Assembly: GCF_009834535.1 (NCBI RefSeq) | Contig: NC_045697.1 | Span: 38,194,001-38,258,000 of the forward strand | Direction: 5' to 3' | DNA: 64,000 nucleotides | Source: Camelus ferus | Taxonomy: Eukaryota | In this document: piece after piece, positions 1 to 13,655 of the stretch | Layout of the letters: each line of letters starts with the position of its first letter | Numbering within the stretch: position 1 is the first letter of the stretch | The notes under the pieces: model-generated | What the model was told of the DNA's origin: nothing | The model's database searches: none | Seen by the model: only the letters and a program-made list of their open reading frames with translations | Position numbers and translations under genes: made by a program

Positions 1-1155
1 AAATGCCTGGCATATAAGACATACTCAATAAACATTAGTTGACTTATGTATATTGAATCATTAACCAAGAAAATTAATAACCACTGAAGTAGAGTAAAAT
101 AGAATATGATCATTCTCTGGAAAATAGTCCTCACTGTTTCTTGTTCTGAAAACACTCCATTTGTGTGGAGCCTTTCATCAGCCTTCCCAGTCCTGGGTGA
201 ATTGTACCATGCTTATCTTTTAAGCCAATTAAGAAAGATGTTTAAATCACAATTTCATCTCCTTTAGGAAATCATCCACCTTTTTATTTAACTCTACCAC
301 TGTATTTAATTAACAAGTGTTTAATGGCAGTTAATAAGTGATATATTAATTAATTTATGAAATCACTTTGTCCTTATTAAAGTAATTCAGATTTTTAAAT
401 GCTTGTAATTTTCATTACTCCCATCAAATACAGCACAGCACATTCAATTAAACTTGAGTTACCTTGCTTTACTATAAGCCCAAGTACCAGCGAAAACCTC
501 TAGTGTATCTAGGATATGCGCTAGAACAATTATCAAAACTGTGACTTTGACAAAGTCAGAGAAATGCCTTGGGCCCAAGACACATGGTGTCATAAACAAA
601 AAGCAGCAAACTATAGAGTAGGTGCACAAGAAATATTTGATGAATCAATGAAGGAAAAAGGAAGTAGCTAATGCTCTTGGGAGAACAGAAATTTCTCATT
701 GAATGGAGAACTGTTAACCTTGGGAAGAGCTGATAGGACAGCCATCAGTGGAGGAAGATGCAATGGTTACATCCTCCTCTGAAAGAACACATCTATTTGT
801 GGGACACTAAGGACCCACACCAAGCTGATGATTATCAGTGTAGGTATTAAATACAACTTCTGTCTTTTGTTACTAAATATTTCCTTTTGGTAATTCATTA
901 CTAAGGACTGGCAAATATGGAAGCAAGCCAGACTTCCAGGAATGGAGCCACAGGACAGAAGTATGAGACTCTGCAGGAAGCAGGCCAGGCTATGTATGCA
1001 ATAGACGTGTATGATAATGAATTACATTTTTTAAAAAAAAACCACAGATGTTATTTATAAATAATTTATACTCTTCAGAAGCATTCACAAATAATGATTT
1101 ACTTTGCCAACAGAGATGAAAAGCTCTCTTCTTTACAAGATTGGGTCTTACTCAC

Positions 1156-1212
1156 ATTTGTGCCCCAATTCCAACAAAGAGTTGCTGCTTTACAAATGAC
1201 TGCGGATTTATT
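1156..1212 (-). pseudogene. Possible exon (57 nt; phase-0 reading NKSAVICKAATLCWNWGTN)
   Basis: Acceptor aattttaag|, donor aat|gtgagt. Length is a multiple of 3. Confidence 0.35.
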
Positions 1213-1498
1213 CTTAAAATTAATTATAAGAGTGTTATTAAGTATAATCAAGGAAGATCCTGCAAAATCTTGCTATTTATCTTGTCTAGCTTTCTAGATC
1301 ACCCTGTATCACAGAGAAAAGTGGATTTCTCACCCTAGAAACTTTCTGAAAAAGTAATTATCATCTTGGCAACCAGGTACCATCCGAGACTTAAAGAAAT
1401 GAACACAGGAATTTGGGGTGTTCCCTTGGTGAATGCCAAGACAAGAGGGATCTTCCTGTTTCTTTACTCTGCACCCCTTGGAACAAAGATCCTTGATA

Positions 1499-1788
1499 CA
1501 GTCAGCCCTCCGTATCCACGATTTCTGCATCCATGGATTCAACCAACAGCAAATTGACACTATTCAGAAAAAAATTCCAGACAGTTCCAAAATGCAAAAC
1601 TTGAATTTGCCAGGGAAGGCAACTATTTACTTAGCATTTACATCATATTAGGCATCATGCGTAGCCTAGAGATGATTTAAAGTATACAGGAGGATTGCCT
1701 AGGTTATGTGCAAATACTGTGCTGTAAGGGACTTGAGCTTCCTGGATTTTGGTATCCACTGGGAGTCCTGGGACCAATCAGTCCTCTG
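1499..1788 (-). mobile_element. MER2-like TcMar-Tigger DNA transposon relic
   Basis: ta|cagtcagccctccgtatcc...catccatggattcaaccaac...ggattttggtatcc...gtcctgggaccaatc resembles the recalled MER2 consensus. Confidence 0.7.
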
Positions 1789-1851
1789 TATTTTAGAAAA
1801 AAAAAGATCCAGATCATCAATGAGACATCAAATTTAAACCATTTACCTTAC

Positions 1852-1929
1852 CCGGAGTTGAGGTTTCTTTGTGTCGAGTGTTTTCTTCCTAGCAGCTGAG
1901 AATGGAGTCTTGGGAGAAACTGTGGATGC
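1852..1929 (-). pseudogene. Probable exon (78 nt; phase-0 reading ASTVSPKTPFSAARKKTLDTKKPQLR)
   Basis: Acceptor ctgctcttattcag|, donor cgg|gtaagg. Length is a multiple of 3. The reading phase is not certain. Confidence 0.5.
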
Positions 1930-2280
1930 CTGAATAAGAGCAGATATTTTGTTGTTGCAAATTTTATTTTAAACTTACTCATATTATGATCCAGTCATTA
2001 TGTAGAATACTAAGCACTTCTTAAAATGGTGTTGTAGAAGGATATATGATGAAAAAGTTAATGTTCGTTTTAACTTTTCCTTCTTTTATGGTATATTGAA
2101 AAATATTTCATGTAATAAAGATAAATATAATAAAAACATAAATTACATATATAATTCATATTAATATAAATGAATAAACATAAATATAATCTTAAAAGTA
2201 TATGGACCCAGAATTGGTGAACTACAACTCAGAAATAAACTCCAATGTTTTACAACATTATTACACATAAATATTCTTAC

Positions 2281-2428
2281 TTTCCAAACTTCTTCAAGTT
2301 ACATCAAGAGTTCCTCTTGGTGGAAGGATGGTGTGGAAATCTTTCAGGATGGGAGAACCTGTCTTCATTACACAGGCATGTACAGATATTTCCTTGTAGT
2401 TCATTTGAGCAATTGTCTGACAACAACC
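2281..2428 (-). pseudogene. Coding-derived exon GCCQTIAQMNYKEISVHACVMKTGSPILKDFHTILPPRGTLDVT*RSLE
   Basis: Acceptor ttactcag|, donor aaa|gtaaga. Starts with G-x-C-x-hydrophobic, as expected after the I-K-S strand of a second cNMP domain. In-frame TGA at 2294-2296. Confidence 0.55.
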
Positions 2429-5400
2429 CTGAGTAACTGAATACAAAAGAAATTTGGAGTTCATAGATGCATCATCTTCTACACTGACACATGAACATTA
2501 TTTAACTTACAACTTCAAAAGGGAGTTGATAGTACTGAATTATCCAATGTCAGTGGGAAATCTGTGGCCAGGTTCAATTAGCCTCTTAGCTCTATCTGAT
2601 CACAAATATGAAAGTCATTTAAGGATAGAATTGTTGGTTGTAGCTCTCTGCCAGAATTTTAACTGAAGAAGGTAATGCTTCTATTGTGTGCTTACAGATG
2701 TGATGAATACAAGGAAGTGAGAGTTTAAGTTGTCAGGGAGAATGATAGTTCCAGCCCTGGAAGAAAAGGGAGTGGGGAGAGTGGAATTCAGAGACCACTG
2801 AGAAAATTTATTTATTCATACAAAAATACTCATTGAAACTATTATGTACTAGGCTACAGATGAAGTGCACAAAAGAGACAGTGCCTCACTGTATGAAGTT
2901 GTATGTATTTTCCACTCATGATTAATTCTTAAGCATCTTCTTTGTGCCAGTGTTGTAGATTTGGGGCAGGGGGCTAAGGGGAGAGACAGCCCACAGTGCT
3001 TAGTCTTGAAAAGCAACACCATGTTCTATGTCTGCTCTATTTGGAGATATTGAAGAAATACAGCATTAAAAAGTAGGGGAGGAGGAGATACCATTTAAGT
3101 AAATGTGCAAGGGTATAGGCAGAATAATTTGAGGTAAGATTATTAAGTAAATGAAGTTCAATTTTGGTGCTTTGCTTCTGTTTTTATATATTTCCTTTCT
3201 TTGGGCATCTCTGAGGCTCCTTGGCAGCTTCCTGTGGACTTCACCTTGATAGTCTCCATCCACGGGGGAGCCAATCCAAGGCCAAATAACTAATTTGACA
3301 AACTAATTTCTACTAAAGTGTCTACTAAACTAATTTATACTAATTGGATGAACTTATTTCTAATAATTAATTTAGGGTTATTCTCCTAAATAAAAGATAA
3401 TGAATTTTAACTTCAGCCTTGTCAAGATACCTAGAATAACAATGCCTTATATTCTCATTGTGCTACTAATTTATTTACAAACACCAATGCAAAGTACTGT
3501 GTGTCACATAGTAAGGGGCTGTGAAGATGAATAAGATGCTAACCTTGTCTGTAAGGGGTCTTCCCAGCTAGTAATGGGGAGAGTTCAACTTGCAACTTTA
3601 ACCAAAGCAGTGAACAGTGAGGGCCGCATGGTCATAAAGGCCAAGGGAGGGCTTAGTATTCATCATCCCACATCGGCTGCCATTTATGCACTTTTGAGGT
3701 TCTGAGATACAGCATGCTTCATGTTAAAGGGTTCTTGCAGCTAAACCTGCCATCCAGCTCCCTTAATGAACCCCAGCCTAGATCTTCCTAGGTAGGCAAG
3801 GTACAGAAGGGTGACCCCAGCACTAACAGGAGCAATTAGTGAGATCCCCAAGAGGAAGATGAACCTCTAGAAAGAGGAGTCGGGGCTCTGAGGTCCAGCC
3901 ACCTTCTTGCCTCAGAGGGTCTGGGCTCAATTTTTTAAAAGAGCTGGCAGTTTTCCTTAAAGGTATGTACCACTTTTCAGAGATGGTAGGGAGGCTGATA
4001 AACAGCTCCTGTTCCAACCTACTGCGTACAAATATTTGTGGTTTAACCCGGTAGTGATGAATAATGGTAATTCCAGGTCAGGCTGGAGGAAAGATAGTGC
4101 CTTTCAGAGCAACAGAGGCAACTATGGACAAGCAGCCCCTCTAACTGCCTCTCAAGTCACACACAGCATTGGGTCTTATACCAGGAAAAGGCAGGTCACA
4201 AAACTGATGTATATGAGCCAAATGTGTCCCCATCTCCTGGGTCCTTCCCTTCTTAAATTTTCACTTCTGTGACATTAGATCAGGTTATTCACACTAAGTC
4301 ACAACAGTCTTCCTTGTCTCCAATAAATCTGATCGCAAAGCATCCTCTTTCAGCAAAGTCACTAGAATAATCCTTAAACACAATTACATCATGTCATTTC
4401 TATAAGCAAAGGTAGTTTTTTTCTACTGCCTGAGGCTGGTAAAAGTATTGAAAGCTTCCACCTACCCCCTCTCTACTGAGTTATTGCCCTCATCCTTCTG
4501 TACTACACATAGTCTCCATTCCAACCAAGAACCACACTTCAGGGTCTTCTGTAGGAGCTTGCTATTACACTGTCTGGGCTATTTACTCCTCCTGGGATCT
4601 CCATTCATTCATGTCACTCAAAAGCAAGCTTTATACTTACGTTTCCAGGAAACCTCTAATCGCTGACCTTAACTATTCATATCTTAAGCCAACGCTTCTA
4701 AAACTGACTTGTTTAATAGTGATTTGCCTGTTAGTTTGCTTCTTTTGATTTATTCTACTCTAAATGTGTTATTTTGTTGTTTCATGTGTTACATTCTAAC
4801 TTCCCAAGGAGTTTCAATCTCCTTAAAATCAGACACCATGTCCACTAGCCTTTTTTTTTGTATATACTGTCTTCATCCCATTTCCCCAGTCTCCAAGACA
4901 GTACATTTTAAGCTATGGATTTCTATCAATTAGCCAGTCTAGTCCCCTATCAACACCTTTTAAATGAAATCAAATAGGAATTAGAGAACTGAAAATATCA
5001 GGGTGCCTCATCCATGGGGAGAGCAAGGATCTTCCTAAAACTCTGAACACAGGGCTGTGTGCGAGTGTGTATTAGACCATGATATAAAATATATTTCTTA
5101 CTAAGTTGTGGTCAGGAAACCTTGAGAAATATGGCCAGAGACTTACCACATAGTTATCCTAAGCAAGAAAGTTACCTTTTCACATTTATTTGGATCCCTC
5201 TAGCAGTTGTTCCCAGATTCCTGGCTTATTTCCCTTTGGCTTTTGATGTCACCCGTCGGCTCCAAGCATCACTTAATGACCTCCCAGAGTAGACCCTGCC
5301 TGCCCCTGGGATTGCAGGCTGACCCCTGCATGCCTTGGTCTCCACACCTTCTGTCCCTGTTGTACCAGATGCAACCCCATCTTGTGAAAAAGCCCAAAGA

Positions 5401-7072
5401 TGATGATGGCAAAGCTTCTGATATACATAAATACCTACATTCTGGCTCTTGTGGGGAGCAGGGTCTAATATCCTCTGTGTTAAAGTAACTGACTTTATTA
5501 TATAATGAAAAATAAGACTCATGAAATTAACATTTCTCAGAGCCACCTGGGAGTAAAACTCTAATTCGTGGAAGAGTATTTACACCCATGATCTTAAATT
5601 AGCAACTTAGTCAAACTTTGCAAAGAGAGCAGCAAAAATTCAGCATTTTTGAAGAAATAAGTCCAATGAGGAAAAAATTCTAATCACTAGTTATTATCTG
5701 AAGTGATAGTTACTATAATAAAAGTACTACTTAAAGGGTCAATTAGAGTGAAAATTATACTGCAACCATAGTTTTCTTCTTCTTCCTTCATACATAGAGA
5801 TATAAATAGAAAATTAGAGTAAATATTCTCATGATTTTTTTCTAATGGTCCTAATGCAAATGCAAATGACCTGGGAGGGACTTTCTCCAAAATTATTTGG
5901 TGAAAATATAGAAATTAGGTAGTGATTTGAGAGGGAGAACTGTAGCTTTTTACATAGCTATGGTAATAATCTCCACTTCCACATATTTTACAATCATAAC
6001 TTTCTATTCATAATTTGCTCTGGAGCCCAAAATGACTCTGTTGGTATCACCAGCACTCTCACAACATTTGGAAAGTAATAATAATTTCTGTATCTTATTT
6101 GCTTCCATTTAGTCAGTGTAGAGAAGATGAGATATAAATGAGGTTTCTTTTACAAAGGCAGCTATAACTTGATGAAAAACTGCTAGGCATTCATTTTACT
6201 ATATAGTGTATGCTAAGTACATACAAGCTGGAATGGACATTCCCTGGAAAAATTGAGGGATACCCTGTCTCCCCAGCATAATTATAGGAATGGTCTTAAG
6301 TCTGGTATGGGAAACCTTAAACCTTGAAGGTTCAGAGAAGAGCTACCAAGATATCAATGGAGTTAGAAAATAAGTCCTTTAATGGAAAATATGAGCACAA
6401 TTGAGACTATAACATTGGCTAATTTCCAGGACAAATGATAGTAAGAAGTGAGTGCTTCAGGGAGAAGTTGGGTAGCTAGGGGGCTAAATGATTAACATCA
6501 AACCTCTAGTGATGGTTTGAAGCTGGTCTCTGAGAGCTTCCTAGGGTTGAAATGGTCTATAAGTCACAGCTCTGTCCCGACTCAATCCCGCTTTCCAGGA
6601 AAGCAGGGATAGTCTAGCATGTGGGACATGGCAAGTACCCAATAAATGTTTGCAACAGTTGGCTTTATCTTATACTCCTATATTTATTTTCCTTTCATTA
6701 CCATTTTCTCATTTATATTTTCTTCCATAGGTTTCCTTAATGGAACAAGAAGGGTTATAAATAAATACTATATAAAGGTAAATGAAACGCTGTTGAAGAG
6801 TAAAAGGAAGAATGCAAAGCATGCCATATGAATGAGTGTCATAAAGACATAAAGGCTTTCAAAGGATGGAGAAGTCACATATAGATAAAGGAGCCCGGTG
6901 AGGTTTCACAGAAGAAACAAGGCTATAGCCAATAGGTAGAAGTGTGATTAACAGAAAAGATTCTGATAGATGTAGAGAGCCTAGTCTTCTAATTCATTTA
7001 ATAAATTTTACTCAAATATTTATTTGCTGATTCTAAAAGAGAAGCTTAGGATACAAAATACAGCAATATAAC

Positions 7073-7151
7073 CTGTAGTATCAGTATTAAGGAACAGTGA
7101 ACCAAGAAATCCATCTTTTCTTTTGACCATAAAAAGAATAATGCGGGATTT
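7073..7151 (-). pseudogene. Coding-derived exon NPALFFLWSKEKMDFLVHCSLI(frameshift)YYR (N-terminal helices of cNMP domain 2)
   Basis: Acceptor ttttcctcttccaacag|, donor cag|gttata. 79 nt (78+1). The L-F-x-x-W-x-x-E-x-x-x-x-L motif is typical of the second cNMP domain in CNBD-type proteins. Confidence 0.65.
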
Positions 7152-7252
7152 CTGTTGGAAGAGGAAAACAAAGTTATCAGAATTTAGGATACCACAAGCT
7201 ATTATTTGGATTTTTTTAAAGCAGTTGTAATATCCATTATTCATTCTACGAT

Positions 7253-7319
7253 TGTCTTAGCTCATTTGGGTTGCTATAATGGAATATCATAGACTGGGTG
7301 GCTTATAAACAACAGAAAT
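7253..7319. mobile_element. MaLR LTR fragment (MLT1/MST type)
   Basis: tgtcttagc...catagactgggtggcttataaacaacagaaat. Confidence 0.6.
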
Positions 7320-7904
7320 CCTACAAGACCTACTCTTGGCCCAGTAGAACTCACTAATCATTTCCTTACATCTCATGTCCGCCTCTACTGGCCTGCTCTT
7401 GCCTCACCTGAGAGTACTGTCCACCTCCAGAGCATTCTCCAAGGCTGCAGGAGACAGGTTCTCTTGTGAGAAGGGTCTCCTCAGCTTCATAGCACTATTC
7501 AAATCCTCTCATATCCCTTCTCCTCTTTAGGGAGATCTGTCACATGATTATGCCCACCATGACCCTGATGAATTCAAGAGGGTGAAGCTTCAAGGACACC
7601 CAGACCCTTTTAGACAGGAAAACCACACAAGCCTAAATCTTCCATTTGCATCAAGAGGGCTGGAAGGGTTTTACCACCACACAACTCTGTGGCTGGGATG
7701 TTTGTGACAGTTTGCCTCTCAGGATCTCCTCTAGTTTCCTATGAGCACTGGAGCCCTGCCATAAACAGATCAGTTCACTGGAGCCCTAATTTCCACATCC
7801 AGAAAGTGACAGCCCTATTTCTCAAGACTACATCGTGCAAAGGAATAATTCAGGTGTTTAAATGCCAAGGCTCTTACTCTTGTTTTAATGGCTGCATTTT
7901 GTTT

Positions 7905-8054
7905 TGTTGTCTTTTTCTTGTATTGTTTGTTTTATGAGGGGGAGGTAATTATATTTCTTCATTGATTTCCGCTTGGAGGAGGTACCAGGGATTGAACCCA
8001 GGTCCCCATGTGTGCTAAGCATGTGCTCTACCATTTGAGCTATACCTTTCCCCC
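7905..8054 (-). mobile_element. tRNA-derived SINE, camelid Vic-1-like
   Basis: Reverse complement reads ggggaaaggtatagctcaaatggtagagcacatgcttagcacacatggggacctgggttcaatccctggtacctcc (A and B boxes), followed by a taattacctccccc tail and A-rich end. Confidence 0.85.
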
Positions 8055-8564
8055 AAGGAACTCTTGATAAAGTATAAATAAAGAGAAATTCTCTTCTCTG
8101 CTTTACCTCCACTTGCTGGTCAAGATTCTTCCAATATCCCATTCTCTCCCTAGAAATAAGCAGAAGTGCACTCAGACTAGGGAACAAATTCATAACTATA
8201 CATGAAATGTGGTTTATATACCCAGATGTGGGTTTTGTCGGGAAAGAGATTACATTATGCACAATAAACAGAAGACAGTGGGAAAGAGAGAAGCACAGAG
8301 TTTTCACATGTTGTAAAGGAGCACGTGTAATAGGAAATTGACAGAAACTGGGCAAACAGGAGGGAAGAAGAAACTATCACTAAAAGGAAACAGTACTTAG
8401 GAAACCATAACTGGAAAATTGCTATGGATTATTGCAAACCTTCCTTTTCCCTAAAGCAGTTAGTATCACTTACATAGGTACTCAAAGAACTTACACTCTC
8501 GCATTAAAAAAAGAAAAGAAAAGAAAAGAAACCCTTCATGTATCTAATTAATTCTATCCATTGA

Positions 8565-9045
8565 ATTTTTTTTTAAATTATCTTTACCTTTGAAATAGTT
8601 TAAGGCTCACCAGAAACTGTAAAAGTAGTAAAGTTCCTTTGTACCCTTCTCCCAGCTTCCCCCCAAAATAACATGTTACATAGTCTTAGCACATTGTCAA
8701 AGGCAGGACACTGATGTTTTTCAATATTATTAGCTCAGCTTATTCAGATCTCACAGATTTTATATACTTTTTTCTTCTTTTTTTCCTTTTCTTTTCTGCC
8801 CAATTGTTATATGAAGTTTCACCACATGTGTAGTTTCAAGTAACCAACACCTCAATCAGTTCTATCACAACAAAGAAACTTCCTGGTACTATTCCTTAAT
8901 CGTCACACCCTTCCCCCAACACTGCCCAGGGCAACCACCGGTCTGCTCTCCATTACTGTAACTTTGTCATCTGAGGCTTTTATATTATCATACAATACAC
9001 AAGCTTTTGAGACTGGCTTTTTGAGCGTGCCCTTAAGATCCAAAC
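8565..9045 (-). mobile_element. Old L1 (L1MC/MD-type) 3' fragment
   Basis: ttcctttgtacccttctcccagcttcccc...ggcaaccaccggtctgctctccatt...ttttgagactggcttt. Confidence 0.6.
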
Positions 9046-9257
9046 TTTACACTGATTTTTAAAGTTCCTCTTAAGCAAAATTTAAAATAAAACCAAAAAC
9101 ACTTTATGATCTAAATGGATCTAATTGTTTTCTACCTGCACTATTCAAGGAAAAAAGCATTCAGATTTTGTTTTCTGTTTTGGTGTTTTTTTTTTAAAGA
9201 GAGAGAATGATAGCATGTGCGATTTGGAATGAACTGCAGAGCTGTTAACTGCATTAC

Positions 9258-9410
9258 CTTTTGGAGGAGGTTAAGAAGAAAAGACTTTGGTGAGTTGAAG
9301 CATCTTAGTTTGGCCTCCTGAGAACTATGGCTTTGGGATCACTGGGGCCACAAGCACTTTGATTTCTTGCTCAAATAGTTGTTACTGTTTGTGGAAAGCA
9401 GACTAAAGTC
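9258..9410 (-). pseudogene. Exon-like segment DFSLLSTNSNNYLSKKSKCLWPQ*SQSHSSQEAKLRCFNSPKSFLLNLLQK
   Basis: Acceptor ttttatcttcag|, donor aag|gtaatg. 153 nt with a single TGA (9339-9341). Begins with DF in phase 0, as expected after ...SKE of the 34.2-kb exon, but its end phase does not match the 7.1-kb exon. Confidence 0.4.
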
Positions 9411-10724
9411 CTGAAGATAAAATCTGCATTAAGAACCAGCTTTACAAGATGCCTGAACTTGATCAAATGCCAATTTCTACAACGTTTCTGTATCTGTAAT
9501 TAGGAACACTATCTAGGAAAAGGAACAGATTTTCACAACCATTTCTACCATTAATAAGTGGCACATTTGCAGAGTCTATTAAAAAATGTTTCTTACTTCC
9601 CTCAGAATTTTAAGTGCTTGGGTTTTAAGCATTTAATGTAAAATCTGCATGAGGATAAATTTTAATAAGTTGAGTCAATTCTTCATGGCAGAAAAAGCAT
9701 TTAAGAGAACAAAAAATAATTCAGATAAATGGATTTTCTAAAGGGCTCTTTGTAGCGTTAAAAACTGTTTCAGAAATACAGGACAAGGCTATATCCAGGA
9801 ATTATTAAACTGGTTTTAAAATATACATAAATAAGAATCCCCAGATAAACCATGTCTCCCAGTGGGTGTTCCCAGCTGGCAGCTTTCCCATCCACAGGCT
9901 CCTGTATCTCCTTCTGTCAGTGTATTTGGCCTTGGGCCCAAACCACCTGTTCTGAGAACACATAACATCTGCGCCCTTCACTCAGCCTTCTGTTGACTGC
10001 CTCACCTCACCTTTCAGACTACCTATCACAACCCTGGCAATGCTGCCTGGGGCTCCCCTGTATGGACTCCTGCCTTGAAAGGACCCAGGTTTTATGAGGG
10101 TGCAACATTCCAGGGGGAGCTTTTGCTGATCCTCAAGCTGTCCTACCAGAGGCCAGCAGTCTCCTTCAGGATAGACAGACCACTGGATTCCAAGCCCAAT
10201 TTAAAAATCACAATTTTTCTGCATACTTTCAGGTGTCCAAGAGATGCTATGCATGGTGCAGCTGGACAGCTCTCTTCCTAAAGCATCAGGCCCAGTGATT
10301 TCGAGGAGGCCTTCATAGTAGGACAGTTATTTAGGGAGTTAACCCAGCAGCAGGAATAAGGACTTCATTGCTGGGAAGGGAGTGGAGGATGTACCCAGAG
10401 GGCATGGCAGGGACAGTGGCCATTCCAGAAGGCAGGCGGACAACTGGCCATAGAGAAGTAGAACAAACCACATCAGGTGGTCATCCCAGCAGCACAGAGC
10501 ACAAGGCAATGAGGAACTGAAGTAGCCAGGTAGTGGAGATCCAGCCAATGGTCCGTGTCAGGAAAGTGTGAAAGCAGATTACTGAGACAGGAGTAAGGCT
10601 TAGAGGAGCACAGAAGTGTCTCTGTTACCAGCACTGGAGGACAAATTTTGAGTTGGAGCCCACATATAAGGTAAGGAAGGGAAAAGAAAGGGCCCTGAAA
10701 TGGACAGGCCGCCGACTAACCCAG

Positions 10725-10990
10725 GTACTTTAAGCACCTGATCTCATTTAATCCCCACAACAACCATGCAGAGTAGGAATTATTATCCTCCTTCCACAGG
10801 AGAGAAAACAGGCTCAAAGAGGCTATCTATGCATGATTAAGACATTGTGCTATACACCAGAACTGACACATTGTAACTGACAGTACTTCAATTGAAAAAA
10901 CAAAAGCAAACTAATTTTGCCGTAATCACATAGGTAACATGTAGGGTAGTCAGAATTTGAACTCAGGACAATCTGACTCTAAAAATATTG
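10725..10990. mobile_element. MIR interrupted by a short L1 3' end (~10830-10905)
   Basis: MIR core (atctcatttaatccccacaacaacc...gagaaaacaggctcaaagagg...atttgaactcagg) split by tgtgctatacaccagaactgacacattgtaactgacagtacttcaattgaaaaaa. Confidence 0.6.
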
Positions 10991-13314
10991 TTGCTATACT
11001 CACACTGTCTTTTGTCATAGTTACAATTATTTAATGCCAAATCTTTGAGAACACAGCCCCCAGTGCCTATTTCTCCTCAGGTCATTTGTTTTTCCCTCCT
11101 TAAATTATATTGTGTCATAAATTAGACTTTAAAAAATAGTCTAAATTCACTTCCAGGGGCTATGGGAGGGGGAGGAGAGTCAGACCTCTCTGGGAATGCT
11201 GTTTGGGGGCAGCCAAGGAGAAAGTGTGGTGCTGGATGAATGAGCCAGACCTCCCTCAGCTTCTGAGGGGTCCCCAGAGGATGGAGTATACTAAAAGCAG
11301 AGACCAAAACATGGGGAGTGGAGCCAGGGTGTTTGGTGAGCACAGGCTGAATGCAGAAAATTAGACTCCTCCAGTGAACTCTTCTCAGCATCCCATAGCC
11401 TCCCATGCACATATAGTGGGGACAGATGGCTCTCACAGGGGGCCAGCTCAGCCCAGAGAAACTGAGGATATGTAAACACATCGATTTGGGGAGCACAAAT
11501 ATTCATTGCAATTCTCTTGGCTTTTTTGGAATTTATACTTTGTAAAGTATAAAGACATTTTAAAGAACACTGAAAATAACAATTTAAATAGATCTCCAAT
11601 TTTCCTCCTAAATTTCATCCTTCTACTAAAAATATTTTATGTGTTTTCAAATATTTTTATTTTCAAATAAAGAGTAATCAGACATGTGTCATTTCCAGGT
11701 TTGATAGCTGTGAACAGTGGAAAGTTCAGGCCATATAATTTTTTAAACGGAGGGAAGTTTATTTGGTATTTCAGAGCACCACCTGGTGGATTAATTAACA
11801 GTAACAGCCCAGAACAAAAGTGAATCAAAATGGCTCTGAAAGAACAGCCATGCTCATCTCTTCTCTTTCTCCTCCCTCTCTTGGGCTCTCATTCTTTTCC
11901 TCTCTCCTCCTCCTCCTCTTTTCATTTCCTATCCAATCTCTGCTGCTTCTGTCTACACTTTAAGATTGTCCATGTCCCTATCCATACTGCTGAGTCCTCA
12001 GAGTTCCTAAGGAGCTTGCTTACTTGTGCCTGATCTAACACAATCTCCCGGGTTTCTAACGATCAAGTAGAAAGGCAAACATATTTGAAGTTGCACAATT
12101 CATTCTTCTTTCAGAGATCGAATCTTCCTGCCCAGGGATAGGTTTGCATTTCCTCAAGGAGGAGTTTTTGTTTGTTTTACACAGAAACATTCTCTTAGCA
12201 CCCTTCTTTCATGTTTTATTTGTAGATAATAACTAAAGTTGACTAACTTGATACAGTTTTAACCTGTTGTCCGGATCCAGCTGCCCACTGATTTTTGAGA
12301 AAGAGACATTGGTTTGGAGCATAATTCTTAAAGGTCTCTGATCTCAAATGACCCACAAGTAGCAATGAATGAGTGGAATGGGGCAGGTGAAGACATTAGG
12401 GAGTGGTGGAGAATGGAGACCTAGAGACCTCATGACTTGTCCCCAAGGGTATACATTATTCTGATCCAGCCACCTCTTCCAGTTTTTAAAGGGAAGCCAA
12501 AATGGTTGATTTTTATGAGAGATCTTTATGAGTTTAAGTTGTTAGCAAATTTTCAAAAAATGCCTGCAGACCAGAAATGGCCCATAGGCCAATCTCTGAT
12601 TTGAACTTGTGGGAATTTGGATTTCATTCACTGGATGATAGAATATGAATAAGTAAGCAGTCTTAGCTAAAATCCACTCCAGTCTCTGAGCAAATCACTT
12701 TTCCCATGCCTAAGGACCTCTACCACGTCTCAATCAGCAAGTCTGTGTCATTACCCTCTGTTTCTTAACATAGTCTTATTACAGGATCATGGAGAGTTAA
12801 GATGTCCTGACAGCAGCATTTTATCCCTGTGACTATCTAAGTGCTTTGAAATATTGCAAGGTTCAGATTTTGGCTCCAACTGAAACAGTTTAGCAGAGCT
12901 GGGCAAAGCAGCTGTGGAGTTTATGGATTGAAATTTGCACTGCCTTTCCTAACAAATTAATATGTAAGTTTTAAAATATATTTAAATTAAAAATAGCTTA
13001 ACTCAAATTTTGGCCATCTTACCCTACAACAAAGCTTCCTCATCCATTCACCCTACTGGGGCAAACAGCGGCACTCACTGCCCATTGATTTAGGAAAGAT
13101 GTTGACACCACTTACACATTTTAGAGAGAAAAATATTAGCTTCCTTCCTCAGAGTTCTCTGGGGAATAGTGCAGGGTTTTTTGTTCTTTGTTTTGGCATG
13201 GAAATAATTCACAGAGGACACAAGAGTGATATTTTAGTAACAAGTATCATGGCGAAAAGTTATGAAGGGTATCTGTCTGCTTGTACTTACTTATGACAGA
13301 ATATCAAGGTTTGG

Positions 13315-13655
13315 TGACATAAACAACAGAAATTTATTTCTTCATAGTTCTGGAGGCTAGAAGTCCAAGATCAAGATGCTGGCTGATTCGGTTCCTGATG
13401 AGAACTCTCCTCCTGGCTAGCAGACGGCTACCTTCTTGCTGTGTCCTCAAATGGCCTTTCCTCGTTGCATGCACATGGAGAGAGAGCCCTCTGGTGTCTT
13501 TTCTTATAAGACACTATTCCTATCAGATGAGGGCCCCACCCCATGACCTCACTTCACTTTACTTCTGAAGGCGCCCATCTCCAAACACAGCCAAGCTGGG
13601 GGTTAGGGCTTCAACATACAAATTTGGGGGACATACGAATATTCAGCCCGCAACA
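13315..13655. mobile_element. MaLR LTR (MLT1A/B-like)
   Basis: taaacaacagaaatttatttcttcatagttctggaggctagaagtccaagatcaag...ggggttagggcttcaacatacaaatttggggg...caaca. Confidence 0.8.

Noticed and set aside
5176..5417. Exon-like segment KLCHHHLWAFSQDG...KAKGK* on the minus strand
   Set aside because: Weak pyrimidine tract, internal TAA, and no resemblance to the short beta-strand exon expected between 7073 and 2428.
2511..5760. Candidates for the missing domain-2 strand exon (MTFIFVIR* near 2600; DPLSSTFIIV near 5720)
   Set aside because: Neither has both a convincing phase-compatible acceptor and donor. This cannot be resolved without an ortholog alignment.
7885..8355. Longest ORF in the track (156 aa)
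   Set aside because: Non-ATG start, reads through a SINE, and has no protein-like features.
11291..11599. 102-aa minus-strand ORF with an acceptor-like site at ~11570
   Set aside because: No clear donor, no recognisable motif, and it overlaps an equally long ORF in another frame.
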